This document shows positions 13,350 through 25,900 of a DNA stretch of 60,000 bases, piece by piece. The stretch is from NCBI RefSeq assembly GCF_018350175.1, contig NC_058369.1, positions 312,001 through 372,000 on the forward strand, given 5' to 3'. The first letter of the stretch is position 1. Every line of letters begins with the position of its first letter. The notes under the pieces are model-generated. The model made no database searches and had not been told where the DNA came from. It saw nothing but the letters and a program-made list of their open reading frames with translations. This stretch comes from Felis catus. Taxonomy: Eukaryota. The translations under genes were made by a program, and so were the position numbers.

Positions 13350-14800
13350 TGGGACCCTCTCTCAGCAACCGCCACGTGTGCCAGGCTGTGCGTTAGATCC
13401 CCAGAACCTTCTTACCTCGTAAACTGGAAGTTTGTGCTTTGATGACTCTCCCTGTCCCCCTCGAGTCCCTGGAGGCCACATTTGCCGTCTCCGCTCCTGT
13501 GAGCTTGAGGTGGCAGTAAGATCTTACGGTGCTGGTGTTTTCGGTCCGGCTGGGCCCCTCAGCACAAGGCCCTCCGGGCCCCGCCACTCGTCACAAATGG
13601 CCCGATCGCCTTTTCTGAGGCTGGATGGGACTCCGTTGGGCGGACAGACAAGATGTGAGGTGCGGATACGTCTTCACGCGCTCATCCGCCGCGGGGCAGG
13701 GGCCGCTGGTGTCTGGGCCGCTATGAGAAGCCCCCCCGTGAGCGCAGAAGAGCAGAGATGCTTTCGCGCCAGAGCTTCCACTCCCTCTGGGAAAGTACCT
13801 AGTGGTGCAATTGCTGGACCCGAGGGCAGTATTTGTGCTCTCAGGACCCTCCACACTGTTCTCCAGAGCGGCTGCACGGGTTTGCACTCCCACCAGCAGT
13901 GCAAGAGGGTTCCCCTTTCTCCGCGTCCTCGCCAACTCGTGTTTCCTGAGCTGTGGATTTCAGCCGCTCCGAACTGCGGGAGGTGGGGACTCACTGTGGT
14001 TCTGACGTGCGTTTCCCTGATGCTGAGCGATGCTGAGCATCTTTTCATGTGTCTGGTGGCCATCCGGATGGCTTCTTCGGAGAAACAGCTGTCCAGACCC
14101 TCTGCTCGTTTTTGTCAGCGGTGTCACTTCCAGACCTCGCTTTACAAGGACCCACGCCCTGCTTCTCAGTATCCTTGTTTAAAAAAAAAAAATAGGCTTT
14201 TTAAAAAAATCAGTTTGAGGGTTACAAAAAACTGAGCAGGACCTGCATAGAGTTCCCTCCGTCTCCCTCGCCGTGGTGTCTTTTCATCATTAGCAATGTG
14301 CATTGGTCTGGTACGTTAGTCACACGGGTGAGCCAGCTCTGAACGTGACGAACCACGGTCCACAGGGGACACGAGGTCACTCCTGGTGCGGCACACCCCG
14401 TGGGTTCGGACGAATGTCACGGACACCTGCCCACCACCACGGTGTCGTCCGGAGTAGACCCACGGCCCCGAAATTCCTGTGCTCCCCCCCATTCACCCTC
14501 CCCCACCCCGGCAGCCGTGCCTCCGTGGTCCTGCCTTGTCCAGAACATCCTGGACTTGGAACCACCCCGTGTGTCGCCTCCTCAGCCTGGCTTCTGTCAC
14601 CGAGTGCTGTGCGTCTGAGGCTCCGCTGTGGCTCTGCGTGGCTCGATGGCTTGTTCTTAGTGCCGGATGGACCACGGTCTATCTGTCACCTGTTGAAGGA
14701 AGGGCAGCACACTTGCTCCCAAGTTTGGCCAATTATGAATGAAGCTGCTGTAAACACCGTGGGCTGTGTGTGGACATCATTTGCCTCCGCAGAGCTCAGG
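13350..14800 (-). mobile_element. Old L1 fragments (two adjacent pieces)
   Basis: ttgcactcccaccagcagtgcaagagggttccc, gatgctgagcatcttttcatgtg, ttggccaattatgaatgaagctgctgtaaaca. Confidence 0.7.
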
Positions 14801-15499
14801 CCACTGTCTGTGAGACCATCACAGGAATCCACGGGATCAAGACGGGTTGCCAGTGCCCGGACGGACCCTGAAGGTGGCTGGAAACCAGGATCAGGCAGAT
14901 GATGCTTCATATCCCCCACCTCTGGGAGGAGTGACCGACTGGGACTGCCTGAGCCTCAGTTTCCCGAGTTGTGATGAGGCCTGGAGGGGAGGGTAAAAGG
15001 CTGCCTGGGCTCCTGCAGGCTGGGGGGGGGGAGGGGGGAGGGAATCCCTGCTCTGCCCTCCCCCTCCCCCCACTCCCCATGCCCCCACTTTAGGAAGAAA
15101 ACGCTGGAAAGAAGCCACCAGGTGCAACTACAGACGAGCAAGCAGTCATGGCCCCTGGCGCCTCGCCTTGCCTCGCGGGGACACGAACCTCACGCTCAAG
15201 AAAGTGGTGCGGCAAACACTCAGGGCAGGTTTTACTAGCCCACGGAGTCCAAGGCGGCAGCGCAGCGTGGGGCTGCCCAAACTTGTCCAGCTTCCCAGCC
15301 CTCTCCGTGCACCCGGCTCTCGGATGATGAAAACACACCACGTGGTCCGCGGTGCCTGGCGACAGCCTGAGTCCACCAGGCACCGAGGCCAGGGTCCGAC
15401 CCCAGGGTCCGCGCCTCGTCCACGCAGCGATGGGAAGACGGTAAAACGGGGCGGCCGCCGTGGAAGACAGCCAGGCAGAGACTCGCTGCCCGTGTGTGC

Positions 15500-15970
15500 A
15501 TGTCGCAAACTGCACACGCGAGTGTGCCCACGATGCCCGCTCACAACTGTTCCCAGCAGCCAAAGATGCCCGCCCACTTGTGGAGGGACACACACGACGT
15601 GTCCACAGTACACGCGCACGTCCACAGACCAACGTGTCCCCCGTGCATGCGCACATCACTGAGCCGCGAGCAGGAGTGACGGACCCGAACACACGACGCT
15701 CAGGGAGGGACCCGGACACGAGAGGCCACACGGGGTGTGAGCCCGCGTGTGTGAAACGTCCAGAACAGGCTCATCCACGGATGAGAAGGGGGCTCGTGGG
15801 GGCGGGGGGAGATGATGGCTGATGAGACGGGGGCTTCTTTTGGGGTGATGGAATGTGCTGGAACTAGATAGGGGTGATGGTGGCACAATATAACCAATGT
15901 ACCAAATGCCCCTGAATTGTTCACTTAAAAATGGATAATTCTACATTATGTGAACTTACCCTCAATTTAG
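15500..15970 (+). mobile_element. Old L1 3'-end fragment with shared core
   Basis: Shared core plus an unshifted tail ggggtgatggaatgtgctggaactagata...aaaatggataatt. Confidence 0.75.
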
Positions 15971-18010
15971 GAAAACAGGAATTCTGCTCCGAGCAACTCT
16001 CCATCCCCCCCACCCCAGGCGCTGGTGGCTCACTGGCCGGAACCCCTGCATGCAGCTCTGTGCTGGGCGGGCTGCCGCCGCGGGACCCCCAGCACCTACT
16101 TCACGCCTGAGCCTGGCCCCGCATCTCCAGTTTCCCGAGAACCATCTCATCGCAAAAACCGTCCGGCTCACACGGGGGCCTGAGATGTTACCTCGTTCTC
16201 CCCACTTTTCCTTCCAGAAGGAGGCCTGGTCGCACAGGGGGGCTCTGGGGCCTTCCCCGCCCCACACCAGCGCCCCTGAGGTCGCGGGCTCCCAGCTGAC
16301 CTGACCTCTGAGCTCTGCAAGGCGTGCCCCCCGTGCCCCTAGCATAGACACCCTGTCAGGGTCCGGGCAGTGAAGCAGCCCGCTGTCCCCCCCACCCCGA
16401 GGAGATCACTCACTGCACACTGGGACACAGACACGGGGCTGCGGGCTCGGTGGAATCCCGCCAGGAACCCGAGGGCCTGCGTGGAGATCAAGATGGGGTG
16501 GCACACGTCAGGCAGGGACGCCAGCAGCCGAGGCCTAAGTCTGATTAAATCCCCTTAAAGGGGAGGATTTGCACAAACTGTCAGACTGTCCAGACTGACC
16601 TCTGAACAAAACAGACTTTCCGCCGCTCGAACCCAGTAAGCAGCCTGTGCCCAAGCTGACCCAGCTCGACCTGACCCAGGCCGCCCGGCCTCGTGTGCCC
16701 GTGCACGAGGAAGCCAAGTTCAACGCGTCGTGAAATGTCACTGAGTTCCGATCCCGAACCCGTCTCGCGATGACACTAACCTTGCTTTATGACCGAATAA
16801 AGCTGACCTCGTGGAAAGACAGGCCTGGCGTGTGCACCTCACAGTGAGCTGGGATTCCTCACCAGGGAGGCTGGCCGCTGTCCACCGGCGTCCACGGTCG
16901 TGCCCCCTCCCCTGGACCCAGGCTCGGTGTCCACCGCAGCTCAGCCTGGCCAAGCGGCAGAAATCTGCTCTTTGCTGCCCTCCCTCGGCGGGGCCGTCCC
17001 CACCCCCCACCTCCCCGCAGGGTGGCGGTTCCGGTTCCGACGGGGGAGGCCCAGAGACACTGGGCGTGGGCTCTGCGTGGCCAGGGTGCACGTGCAGCCT
17101 AGATGCACACACTCCAAGGAAAAATAATCCTCGGTGTGGGTGTCTGGGTGGGGAGAGGGGGGTGTAGCCCGGAGGGTGCTGGAAGGTTCCCTGCCTTGGC
17201 CAAGGGGTGGTTCTAGAACTTGCTAAAAGTCCCAGCAGAATCTGAAAGGAGAAAGGAACTCCTGCCGGCTGTAATTTAAAACAAACAAACAAACAATGTG
17301 GAAGCAGAGCAGGAATGCCAGGCATGTGGGCCGGTTTCCCCTCCCGGGGCCTCCAGGGCCCACCCAGGCTCCCTGCAGCCTCTCGGTGTCCTGGGGGAGG
17401 AACAAGGAAAATTATTAACGAAAAAGCAATCAAAACTGCCCCAAACCCTCCTTCTGGCCCCCTTCCACTCCTGCTGCAAGTCCTTGATAAGAAAGCATCG
17501 GGGGCACTGCTGAGGTCCAGGCACAGTGGTGCTGCCTTGTGGGGGACTCGGGGTCTGGGTGGGAGGCCCTCACGGTTTGAATTCTGTGCGGTCTGGGGTG
17601 TAGATGCACCGCCATGGAAGGTTCCAGAGACCAAGGTTTCCCAGGAAGAAATAACCACAGACTGTCTCTAAAGCCTTGGCCCTGTTCTCTGTCGGCTGTG
17701 TCCATGCTGTCTGCCGGAACCCCACACAATATCTGGAAATGACACAAGAACATTCCGGAGGCCAGAGGCTGTGCTTTGGAGATAAACACGAGTATCTCAG
17801 TAAGTTCGTTTTTATTCTTGGGACCGATTTTATCTTCAGCAAAAAGGAAGTCGCCAAGAAAACAAGAAGCCAACCAGGCCTGCTCTTCCCACCTGAGTTT
17901 AGAATTTTCCGCCAGGAGAATGTCTGCGAACGTTAAGCCCTGGCGGTCAGAGAAGCTTGGGGGGAGGGGCAAGACAAAAGTAGCTTGCTTTTGAAAAAAA
18001 CAAGGACATC

Positions 18011-18220
18011 GGGGGCACCTGGGTGGCTCGGTCAGTTACGCGTCCAACTTCAGCTCAGGTTAGTAGATCAGGGTTCATGAGTCGGAGCCCCACGTCGGGC
18101 TCTGCGCTGACAGTGTGGAGCCTGCTTGGGATCCTCTCTCTCTCTCTCTCTCTCCCTCTCTCTCTCTCTCTCCCTCTCTCTCTCTCTCTCTCAAAAATAA
18201 ATAAACATTAAAGAAAAAAA
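18011..18220 (+). mobile_element. CAN-SINE
   Basis: Head, long (CT)n, AATAAA tail; TSD-like aaggacatc/aaggatatt. Confidence 0.92.
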
Positions 18221-18689
18221 AGGATATTGGACTTTAGGGAAAGAAAGACGGTCACCTCAGTCCCTCTGGGCTTTTCTTCTTGTTGTTTGCTGAGCTTTGT
18301 GGTTCAGACAGGAAGGCTCTCGGCCATTGGGCTGGTTGAAGGGAGGGGCCGGTGGTCCCAGAACCAGACAGGACAGGCGGCAGGTCCCAGGCCAGCTGTG
18401 CTTGGGGAGGGTAACGGCCCCTGTCGAGTGTGGGGCCGGGGCCAGCCAGAAACGTGTGTGTGCTGAGCAGCGCCTGGGTTCAGGGCTGACCGCGGCCTAT
18501 GGCCGCTAGTAAGTCATCGGCAAGTGACGAGAAGCCAGGCCAGCCGGTGAGTGTGAGGGGCCGGGGCAAGAGGTGCCCCGCCAGCGGGACGAGGGCGGTG
18601 GCGGGCTCCCGTGCGGCAGGTAGACCAGGAGGAAGAGGTGCGACCATCAGAAGCCATGACCGGTGCGAGATAAAGATGGTGTTTTCCCC

Positions 18690-19165
18690 GGGGCGCCTGG
18701 CTGGCTCAGCTTAAACTGAGCCGGTTAAGCATCCGACTTCGGCTCAGGTCATGATCTCGTGGTTCGTGGGTTCGAGCCCCACGTCCGGCTCTGTGCTGAC
18801 AGCTCAGAGCCTGGACCCTGCTTCGGCTTCTGTGTCTTCCCCTCTCTCTGCTCCCTCCCCCACTCGTTCTGTCCCTCTCTCCCTCTCTCTTCTCTCTTCT
18901 CTCTCTCTGAAAATGAATAAACATTGGGGCGCCTGGGTGGCTCAGTCGGCTAAGCATTCAACTTTGGCTCAGGTCCCGATCACACGGTTTGTGGGTTCAA
19001 GCCCCATGTCAGGCTCTGTGCTGACAGCTCAGAGCCTGGAGCCTGTTTCGGATTCTGTGTTTCCCTCTCTCTGCCCCTCCCCTGCTCATGCTCTCTCTCT
19101 CTTTCAAAAATAAACATTAAAAATATTTTTTTTTAATGAAGAAACATTAAAAAATAATTTTAAAA
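18690..19165 (+). mobile_element. Nested pair of CAN-SINEs (inner element 18926-19134)
   Basis: Two heads; inner TSD aatgaataaacatt/aatgaagaaacatt; outer TSD aaagatggtgtttt/aaagatggcgtttt. Confidence 0.9.
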
Positions 19166-19582
19166 AAAGATGGCGTTTTTTCCAGAGCCCCAGTTTGGGG
19201 ACATGGAAAGTTCTGGAGACAGATGGTGGGGGTGGTTGCGGGACCGTGAGTGTGCTCAGTGCCGCTGAGCTGTGCACTTGGAAATTGTAAAAAGGATACA
19301 TGTTATGATATGTGCATTTTGCCATAATACCCTTTAAAAAAATGGTTTCAGGAGGAATTTTAGGATCATCCAGAAACCAAATGAAGGGAAGGGAGAAACG
19401 GGTTCCACTTTGGCCGAGACAGAATAAAGCTACAAAATACAATTTTTAAAACCTGCTCCATGTGATAACATGCAAACACCAGCAGCGGTCACCTCCAGGC
19501 TGACTGCCAGGATGCGCACCCCCTGCTCTGCGGCAGGCCGATGTTTGAGTATTTTCTACCTGAGCCTGGGGGCTGAGGTCGG

Positions 19583-19589
19583 TTTTATT

Positions 19590-19641
<52 letters not shown>

Positions 19642-19830
19642 AAAAATTGTTTGATGTTTATTCATTTTTGAGAGAGAGAGAGAGAGAGTGCAAGTAGACG
19701 AGTGGCAGAGAGAGAGGGAGACACCGAATCCGAAGCAGGCTCCAGGCTCCGAGCTGTCAGCACGGAGCCCGACGCGGGGCTTGAGCCCAGGAACCGTGAG
19801 ATCATGACCTGAGCCAACGTTGGACGCTAA
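19583..19830 (-). mobile_element. CAN-SINE with (TTTA)n tail, 5' end degraded
   Basis: gagacaccgaatccgaagcaggctccaggctccgagc core; (TTTA)n and (GA)n. Confidence 0.9.
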
Positions 19831-21589
19831 CCGCCCCCCCCCCCCCGGGTGGGCTTTAATGTGTCCAGGTAACATGGGCACAGAAGGCTGGAGGGCCACT
19901 TGAAACCCACGGACCTGTAACGCTTGGGGGTGACGATGGGCCACCCTCAACCGTATGCAGTCGTGTTTGGCCAGCGCGCAGCACACACGGACTGGGATCC
20001 CAATCACGCGTGTGAATCAACACGCACGCGGTACACGGGACGGGCAGGTGAGACGCACGCCTGTGTCTGCGTGCGCGCGCATCCCCCATTCGAGACGAGC
20101 AGACACGGGACCCGTTCTGGCAGGAAGGCCTCTGAGGCTAAAGGCAGGTCTCACCGGCTTGGGGGCTGTCACGGCTGGTTTCTCGTTTTCTTCTACGCGG
20201 CTAACTGTGCACGGTGAGAATTTGACATGCATACATTTTAAGTTCAGTAAGAAAAAACATGGACAAAAAGCCTCAGGAACGAGAAGAAGCCGCCGTCCCC
20301 AGCAGCCCCCTGCCCATCTGTGGATGAGCCTGTTCTGGAAGCTTCACACACGTGGACTCTCACGCCCTTTGTGTCTGGGGCGTTTGGTGACTCCAGGTTT
20401 ACCTCTGGAGGAACAGCCACTGTTTTCCACGGTGGCCGCAGCGTTTCACTTCCCGCCAGGAGGGCTCCAGCCTCCACAGCCTGGCCCACACTCGTCATCT
20501 GCCCTCGTGGGTCTGAGGGTCTGAGGCGCCAGCTCGCTGTGGGTTCAGTTAGCATTTCCCTGACGGCTGAGCGCGTCTTCATGTGCTTGTTGGTCATTCA
20601 TCCAACTGCTGTGCAGAAACACGCATCAAAGCCGCTGAGGAATTTGGAGCCAGCGGCTGCGCCCCCCCCTCGGCCACCAGGAGCCAGGAGCAGAAGCCCC
20701 TGCAGGTGCGTGACAGGCCTTCACCCAAACCCCTCTGGTTGAGCACCCACGCAGCCCCCACACCTTGGCCCACCAAAACGGCAATAGCAGGGGACACAGT
20801 GTCTCGAGGCCCAGAAGGGGTGGCCTCTGCATTGGCCACCTTCTAGTGCGTTCAGCCCAACGCGCGGACGGGCCTTGCCCCGGGCCCAGGGTGGGTTGTC
20901 AGGGGCCTCGCCCGGGCAGGTGGCCCTCAGGCCGCTGGAGCTGGTGCTGCCCACGGGGATCATGTATCTGTTTCCCACCATAAACTATTAATGCCGCGGT
21001 GCCTCCAGCAAGAGCCTCGCAGTCTGGGTTTCACATGGTGCCTGTTATGAAACCTGAGGCTAGTCTGCCTTCTGTCCTGGAGTCCCAGCGTCCTCTGTGC
21101 CTGGATCCTTCCAGAACTGGCTTCCCATGTCTCCCAAAATGTGGAGGCCCAACCTCTGGGGAGCACGACTGGAGAGGACGCTGGGGGCAGGTGGTTCTCA
21201 GGGCGGGGGGGGGGGCGTCTTGGGCACCGTGGGGCTGAGCGGTATCCACCCCTCCCGGCCAGGAGCTCCCAGGGTGACACCCACAGGCGTCCCCAACACC
21301 GACCAGCTGACATCAGTTGGGCTCTTCTGGGTCTGCCACACGGCTGAGTCTGGGGGCTCCTCACTGGGGAGGGGGCGGTGGGGGCTGCGGTCCCCTCGTG
21401 CCCGTGACCCTGTGGACAGGCAGGTGGCAGGTGAACAGGTGGCCACGGGATCGCTTACAGCCCGGCTCACGTTCCCTCCTCATAATCGAGACATCTTCCT
21501 GTTCATGAATTTTGCAGGACCGCGGAAGCGAGCTGCCCCATCACTTCACAGCCGTCACTCCGCCCACCCAGCCCCCGCAGGATCGCAGG

Positions 21590-22010
21590 CAAGACAGGTT
21601 TCCTGTGGCCGTGTCACCAAGGACCACAGTCAGTCCGGGTTTCCAGAGAACGACACTCAAGTATTCCCCCTGCGTGGGGCCTGGCGGGGTGGCTCCTTCT
21701 GGAGGCCGTGGGGGAGTCTGCCTGGTGTTGCCGGAGACCTTGGTGCCCCGGGGTTCATGGCCACATTCCCCCCATCCCCCACCCGTCATCGTCATCAGTC
21801 GTCACACAGCTTCTCCCTGCGTCCCTGCCTGCATTTCCCTCTTACAAGGACATGAGCCATTGCACCAGGGCCGCCCTGCTCCACCATGACCCCATTTCAA
21901 CGTATCACGTCCGTGGAGACCCTACTTGCAAATGCGGCTGCGTTTCTGGCTGCCAGAGGTCAGGATGTGGACACACTGCTTGGGGACCACGATCTAACCC
22001 AACGCAGGCC
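21590..22010. mobile_element. MaLR (MLT1-like) LTR remnant
   Basis: tttcctgtggccgtgtcacc...ctcttacaaggacatgagccattg...ccatgaccccattt. Confidence 0.55.
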
Positions 22011-22949
22011 TTTGGGGTTCCCTCCTGTGCACTCGTGGCCTGAGCCCCCAGACTAGATGTGGCCTCCCCTTCCTGCCTTTCTGTCTCCGGCAGCCACTTC
22101 CTGTGGGGGCCTGTCACAGCTGCCGATGTGTGCTGCCCTCAGTCTGTGTCTGTTGTCCACCTTCCTGAGGCCCAGTGCCCGGCAGAGGCCTGTGTCTCCA
22201 CCGCCAACACCTTGACAGAAAGGCCCCTGGCCTACCCTTCTGCGTGGGCTGCACACGGCAACCCCTGCCCACAAGGACCGTGTGGAGCCCGACCGGCACA
22301 CCCGGCCGGAGACCAAGGTCAACGCCAGCAGTGAGGAACCTCGTGGGCAGCGGGGGCCCCAGGTGTGACGGCATGAGCCAGACACTTCGCTCAGAGCCAT
22401 CGTGGGACGAACCCGGGGGCGGGGGGAGGGGAGGGGACATCCTGCAGGAAGCCTGTCCAGTCCTCCTCCTGACCGCCTGCCCGGGGCATCCACCGGAGAA
22501 GAGGTGGAGAAAGCGTCTCAGCCCAGTGGGGGCTAAGGAGAGTGAGAACCCGATTCACGCGGTGTCCCGATGGGGTCGGGGACAGAACGAGGACACGGGA
22601 GGCCGAGAGATCGCAACAGTAAAGACGGTGTGGAGCATCCGTGGACGGACAGTGGCCTTTGACTGCAGTGGTGGGAACACAGACGGGGCGGCCGAGCAGA
22701 AAGTCACCCCCAAAACAGGAATGCTGGGGGGACCAGATGGGACACAGGGTCTTTACACAGGTGATCGAGTTATGACAAGGTCACGAGGGTCACCCTGACC
22801 CTTACAGGGACACCCAGGGAAGATCCTGTGAGGACACAAGGAGGAGACTGCCAGTGCTGTGATCTCATACCTAACGCCTCTAGAGCCGGGACAGAAACAG
22901 CTTGTTTATGCTGCAGCCCCCCCCGGGGAACGTGCAGAGCCCAGGCGGG

Positions 22950-23370
22950 AGAGACGGGGGCGCACGTCCGTGGCAGCCAAGGGTGGACACTTCAGTGGGT
23001 GAGTGGACACACACGACATGTCCACACCCCTCGGCCACGAGCAGGAGCGAGGCGCTCACACCCGCTGCCCCGTGGATGCACCCTGAACACATGACACTCA
23101 GGGAGGGAACCAGACACGAGAGGGCACACGGGGTGTGAGTCCACGTGTGTGAAACGTCCAGAACAGGCTCATCCACGGACGGGAAGGGGGCTCGTGGGGG
23201 CCAAGGGAGGGGCTGGGGGGGTGGAGGTGATGGCTGATGGGGATGCGGATGGGGTTGCTTTTGGGGAGATGGAATGTTCTGGAATTGTAGGACCCTGTGA
23301 ATGTACTAAAAAGCACTGAGTGGTACAACATATGTCGGTGAATCATGGTGTATAAATTACGTCACTAAAG
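22950..23370 (+). mobile_element. Old L1 3'-end fragment with shared core
   Basis: cagggagggaaccagacacgagagggcacacggggtgtgagtccacgtgtgtgaaacgtccagaacaggctcatccacgg. Confidence 0.75.
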
Positions 23371-23803
23371 CCACTACCGAGAAAACCGCCCGGAATGAGG
23401 AATCACAGGTCAGCGGCCCCTGGCAGCTTGCTGCACTTTCTCCACACACACCCCCCCTCCCACCGATTCCCCGTGCTGCTGGGCGTTTTCCGGGCTCACC
23501 CTGCACATGACCTCCGACGGCCGCCCGCCCCCAGCCAGGGGCACACTGCCTGCACCCCAGAGTCTTGCTGGCTAGGGTCTGCGTGCTTCCCTCCTTGCTG
23601 TGCGGCCGCCCACCCCGAACCCTGTCCAGCCCAGACCACGCTTACCCTGTCCCTCAGACTGTCAGCCCAAGGTTGCTGTTCCCTCTGCCCCTGATGCTGT
23701 TCCTTGTAGTCACCCCTTTGGAACGACACCTAACACACTCCCAGCAGCGCTGCTCCTCAGCCCCGTCCACCCGCAGGGCCCGCTCTTCCTCTCCACGGGT
23801 CCC

Positions 23804-23805
<2 letters not shown>

Positions 23806-23852
<47 letters not shown>

Positions 23853-23856
23853 GCGC
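23806..23856. repeat. (CA)n(CG)n compound microsatellite
   Basis: Directly visible. Confidence 0.95.
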
Positions 23857-24199
23857 CCGCACACCCATCTACCAGCAGCGGGCTGACCCCCTGTACCCAG
23901 CGCAGCCACATGCGCGGAGGCCCGAGAACACGCAGCCGGCAGGTGATGCGGGCAGGTGGGCCCCTGGTCCCGCAAAGCAGAACAGCAACAGGAAACGGCC
24001 ACAAACAGGTGTCCCTCAGCTCCCTGCGCGGGGACTTTCCACCACCGCGGACACGGCCTCCTCACCTTGAGACTGTGGAGCCGCCAGGTGGCAGGGAGCG
24101 TGGTGGACTCGAAACCGTTCGTTTCGCTTCTTCCTGAGTAACGTAAACTTAGCCACGTGGGGCCAGCGGCCACGTTATCGGGGGCGTAGATTCAAATTT

Positions 24200-24850
24200 T
24201 GCTAGATCCTTGCTATAGAGTCTGGATTTACCAATTCACCTACTCGCTAACGTTTATTTGTCTTTGTTTGTAAACTTATGTGTAAAATCTCTCTGTGGAT
24301 TTGTCAAATGTATCCTGAACTGACCCCCCCCCCCCCCCCCCGGCGCTGTCGTGGCCCCTCGCGGGCACACCCAGGCCGGCAAAACCGCCGGGCCTCCGAC
24401 GGCAACACCCGGCCTTCTCGTTTCAGCTCTGCTCAGAGAGAAGCGCCCTTTCGGAGGCTTATTCAGTGCGTGTGTTTGGCATGTTGGTGCGTTTTCTGGG
24501 TGATTCAGCTTTAAACGGGCCCCCCGAGCGTTCCCCACCACCGGAAGGCTGTGACGTGCCTTTGGGAGAAGACGCGTGTGTCGAATGTGCTTTGTTCCAT
24601 GGCGCTGTCGCCCGGGACGTGGATGTTAACGAATCGATGATATGGGCCAGGTAAGGGGTCTCTGAACCGGAACGCAGGAGACCAGGTAAGGTGTGGATGC
24701 CGCGAGGTGAGCGAGGCTCGGCCGCTTCAGAGCTCCGCACGCCAGGCCTTGTGAGCACGCTGCACGCCACACGCGCGCCAATAATGACAACCAAGAGTCT
24801 TCCCAAGTCGGATGTCCACGGAGCTATAACTTACAGACAGCGGCGTCCCC
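24200..24850. mobile_element. Tigger4/MER46-like DNA transposon remnant
   Basis: cctactcgctaacgtttatttg, tttaaacgggccccc, gaaggctgtgacgtgcctttgggagaa and gttaacgaatc motifs. Confidence 0.55.
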
Positions 24851-25439
24851 ATCGCAAAGCCTTTTACGCCCTGCTCAGCCTGTGAGCCCCCCGAGGGCCC
24901 CAGCGGCCCCCCCTGCTCAGCCCGGGAGCCCCCCCCCCCCAAGCGCCCCCCCCCCGCTCAGCCCGGGAGCCCCCAGAGCGCCCCAGTCGCCAGGGAGTGA
25001 CACCCCGGCCTGAACTTCACCCGCCTGCGATCACAGGCCCGCTCCCCAAAATGCCTGGGACAGCCTGGCGGCTCCGCGTCCCGGGGCGGTTCTGTAACAC
25101 ACCAGGAGGTCAAGCAGCGCCACCGCCCGCCGCGGCCCGACCCGTCCCAGGCCTGGCGAGCAGCCTGCGTCCCTCCGGCGTCCCGGCGCCATTTCCGAAG
25201 AGCCGCTATGGAGACTGTCGTCAACGCTTCTGGGAACGACCTCTACGCCTCTCTCTTGGGTGAGCACGCGGGAGCACCTGCCCTTCCGGGAAGGCCCACA
25301 GGCAACTTTGTAAGAAGCCGCCAGGCTGTTTTCCCAAAGTGGCCGCACCGCACCCCTCCGCCGGCGGCCGTTCGCGCGCTCCCCACCCAGCCCTCGCCGG
25401 CGGATGGCACTGCCAGCTTCGTGGGAGTGAGTTCTTACA

Positions 25440-25900
25440 AGTGGCTTTATCTTTATTAGACGCGACTCACGCCCTTACCGCTCAGCCCTTACGAGCTGTG
25501 CAGCCAGCACCACAGCCAGTCTGAGAATATTTATTTCATCACCAGGACACAGGCCCCCTGCCCCTCATCCCCTTGCCTCCCCCCGCCCCCTTCCGGTCCG
25601 TGGATGGGCCTGTTCTGGACGTTTCACGCCGGCGGACTCACACCTCGCGTGGCCTCTCGTGTCTGGTTCCCTCCCTGAGCGTCGTGCGTTCGGGGTCCGT
25701 CCGCGGGGCGGCGGGGGTGGGCGCCTCGCTCCTGCTGGCGGCCGAGGGACGTGCGCGTGCGCGGCGGACACACCTGGGTAACGGGTGCGTGCGCCATGGA
25801 CACGGTCATCTGCGGACGTGCACGTGCACGGTGGACACACGTTGCGTTAACCACTCCCGGCCGACGCTGGGTCCTTCCGCTTTGGGGCTGCTGTTGAGTC
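25440..25900 (-). mobile_element. Old L1 3'-end fragment with shared core
   Basis: gtccgtggatgggcctgttctggacgtttc...gagggacgtgcgcgtgcgcgg. Confidence 0.75.

Noticed and set aside
13432..14235. 267-aa ORF
   Set aside because: Antisense reading of a degenerate L1 fragment
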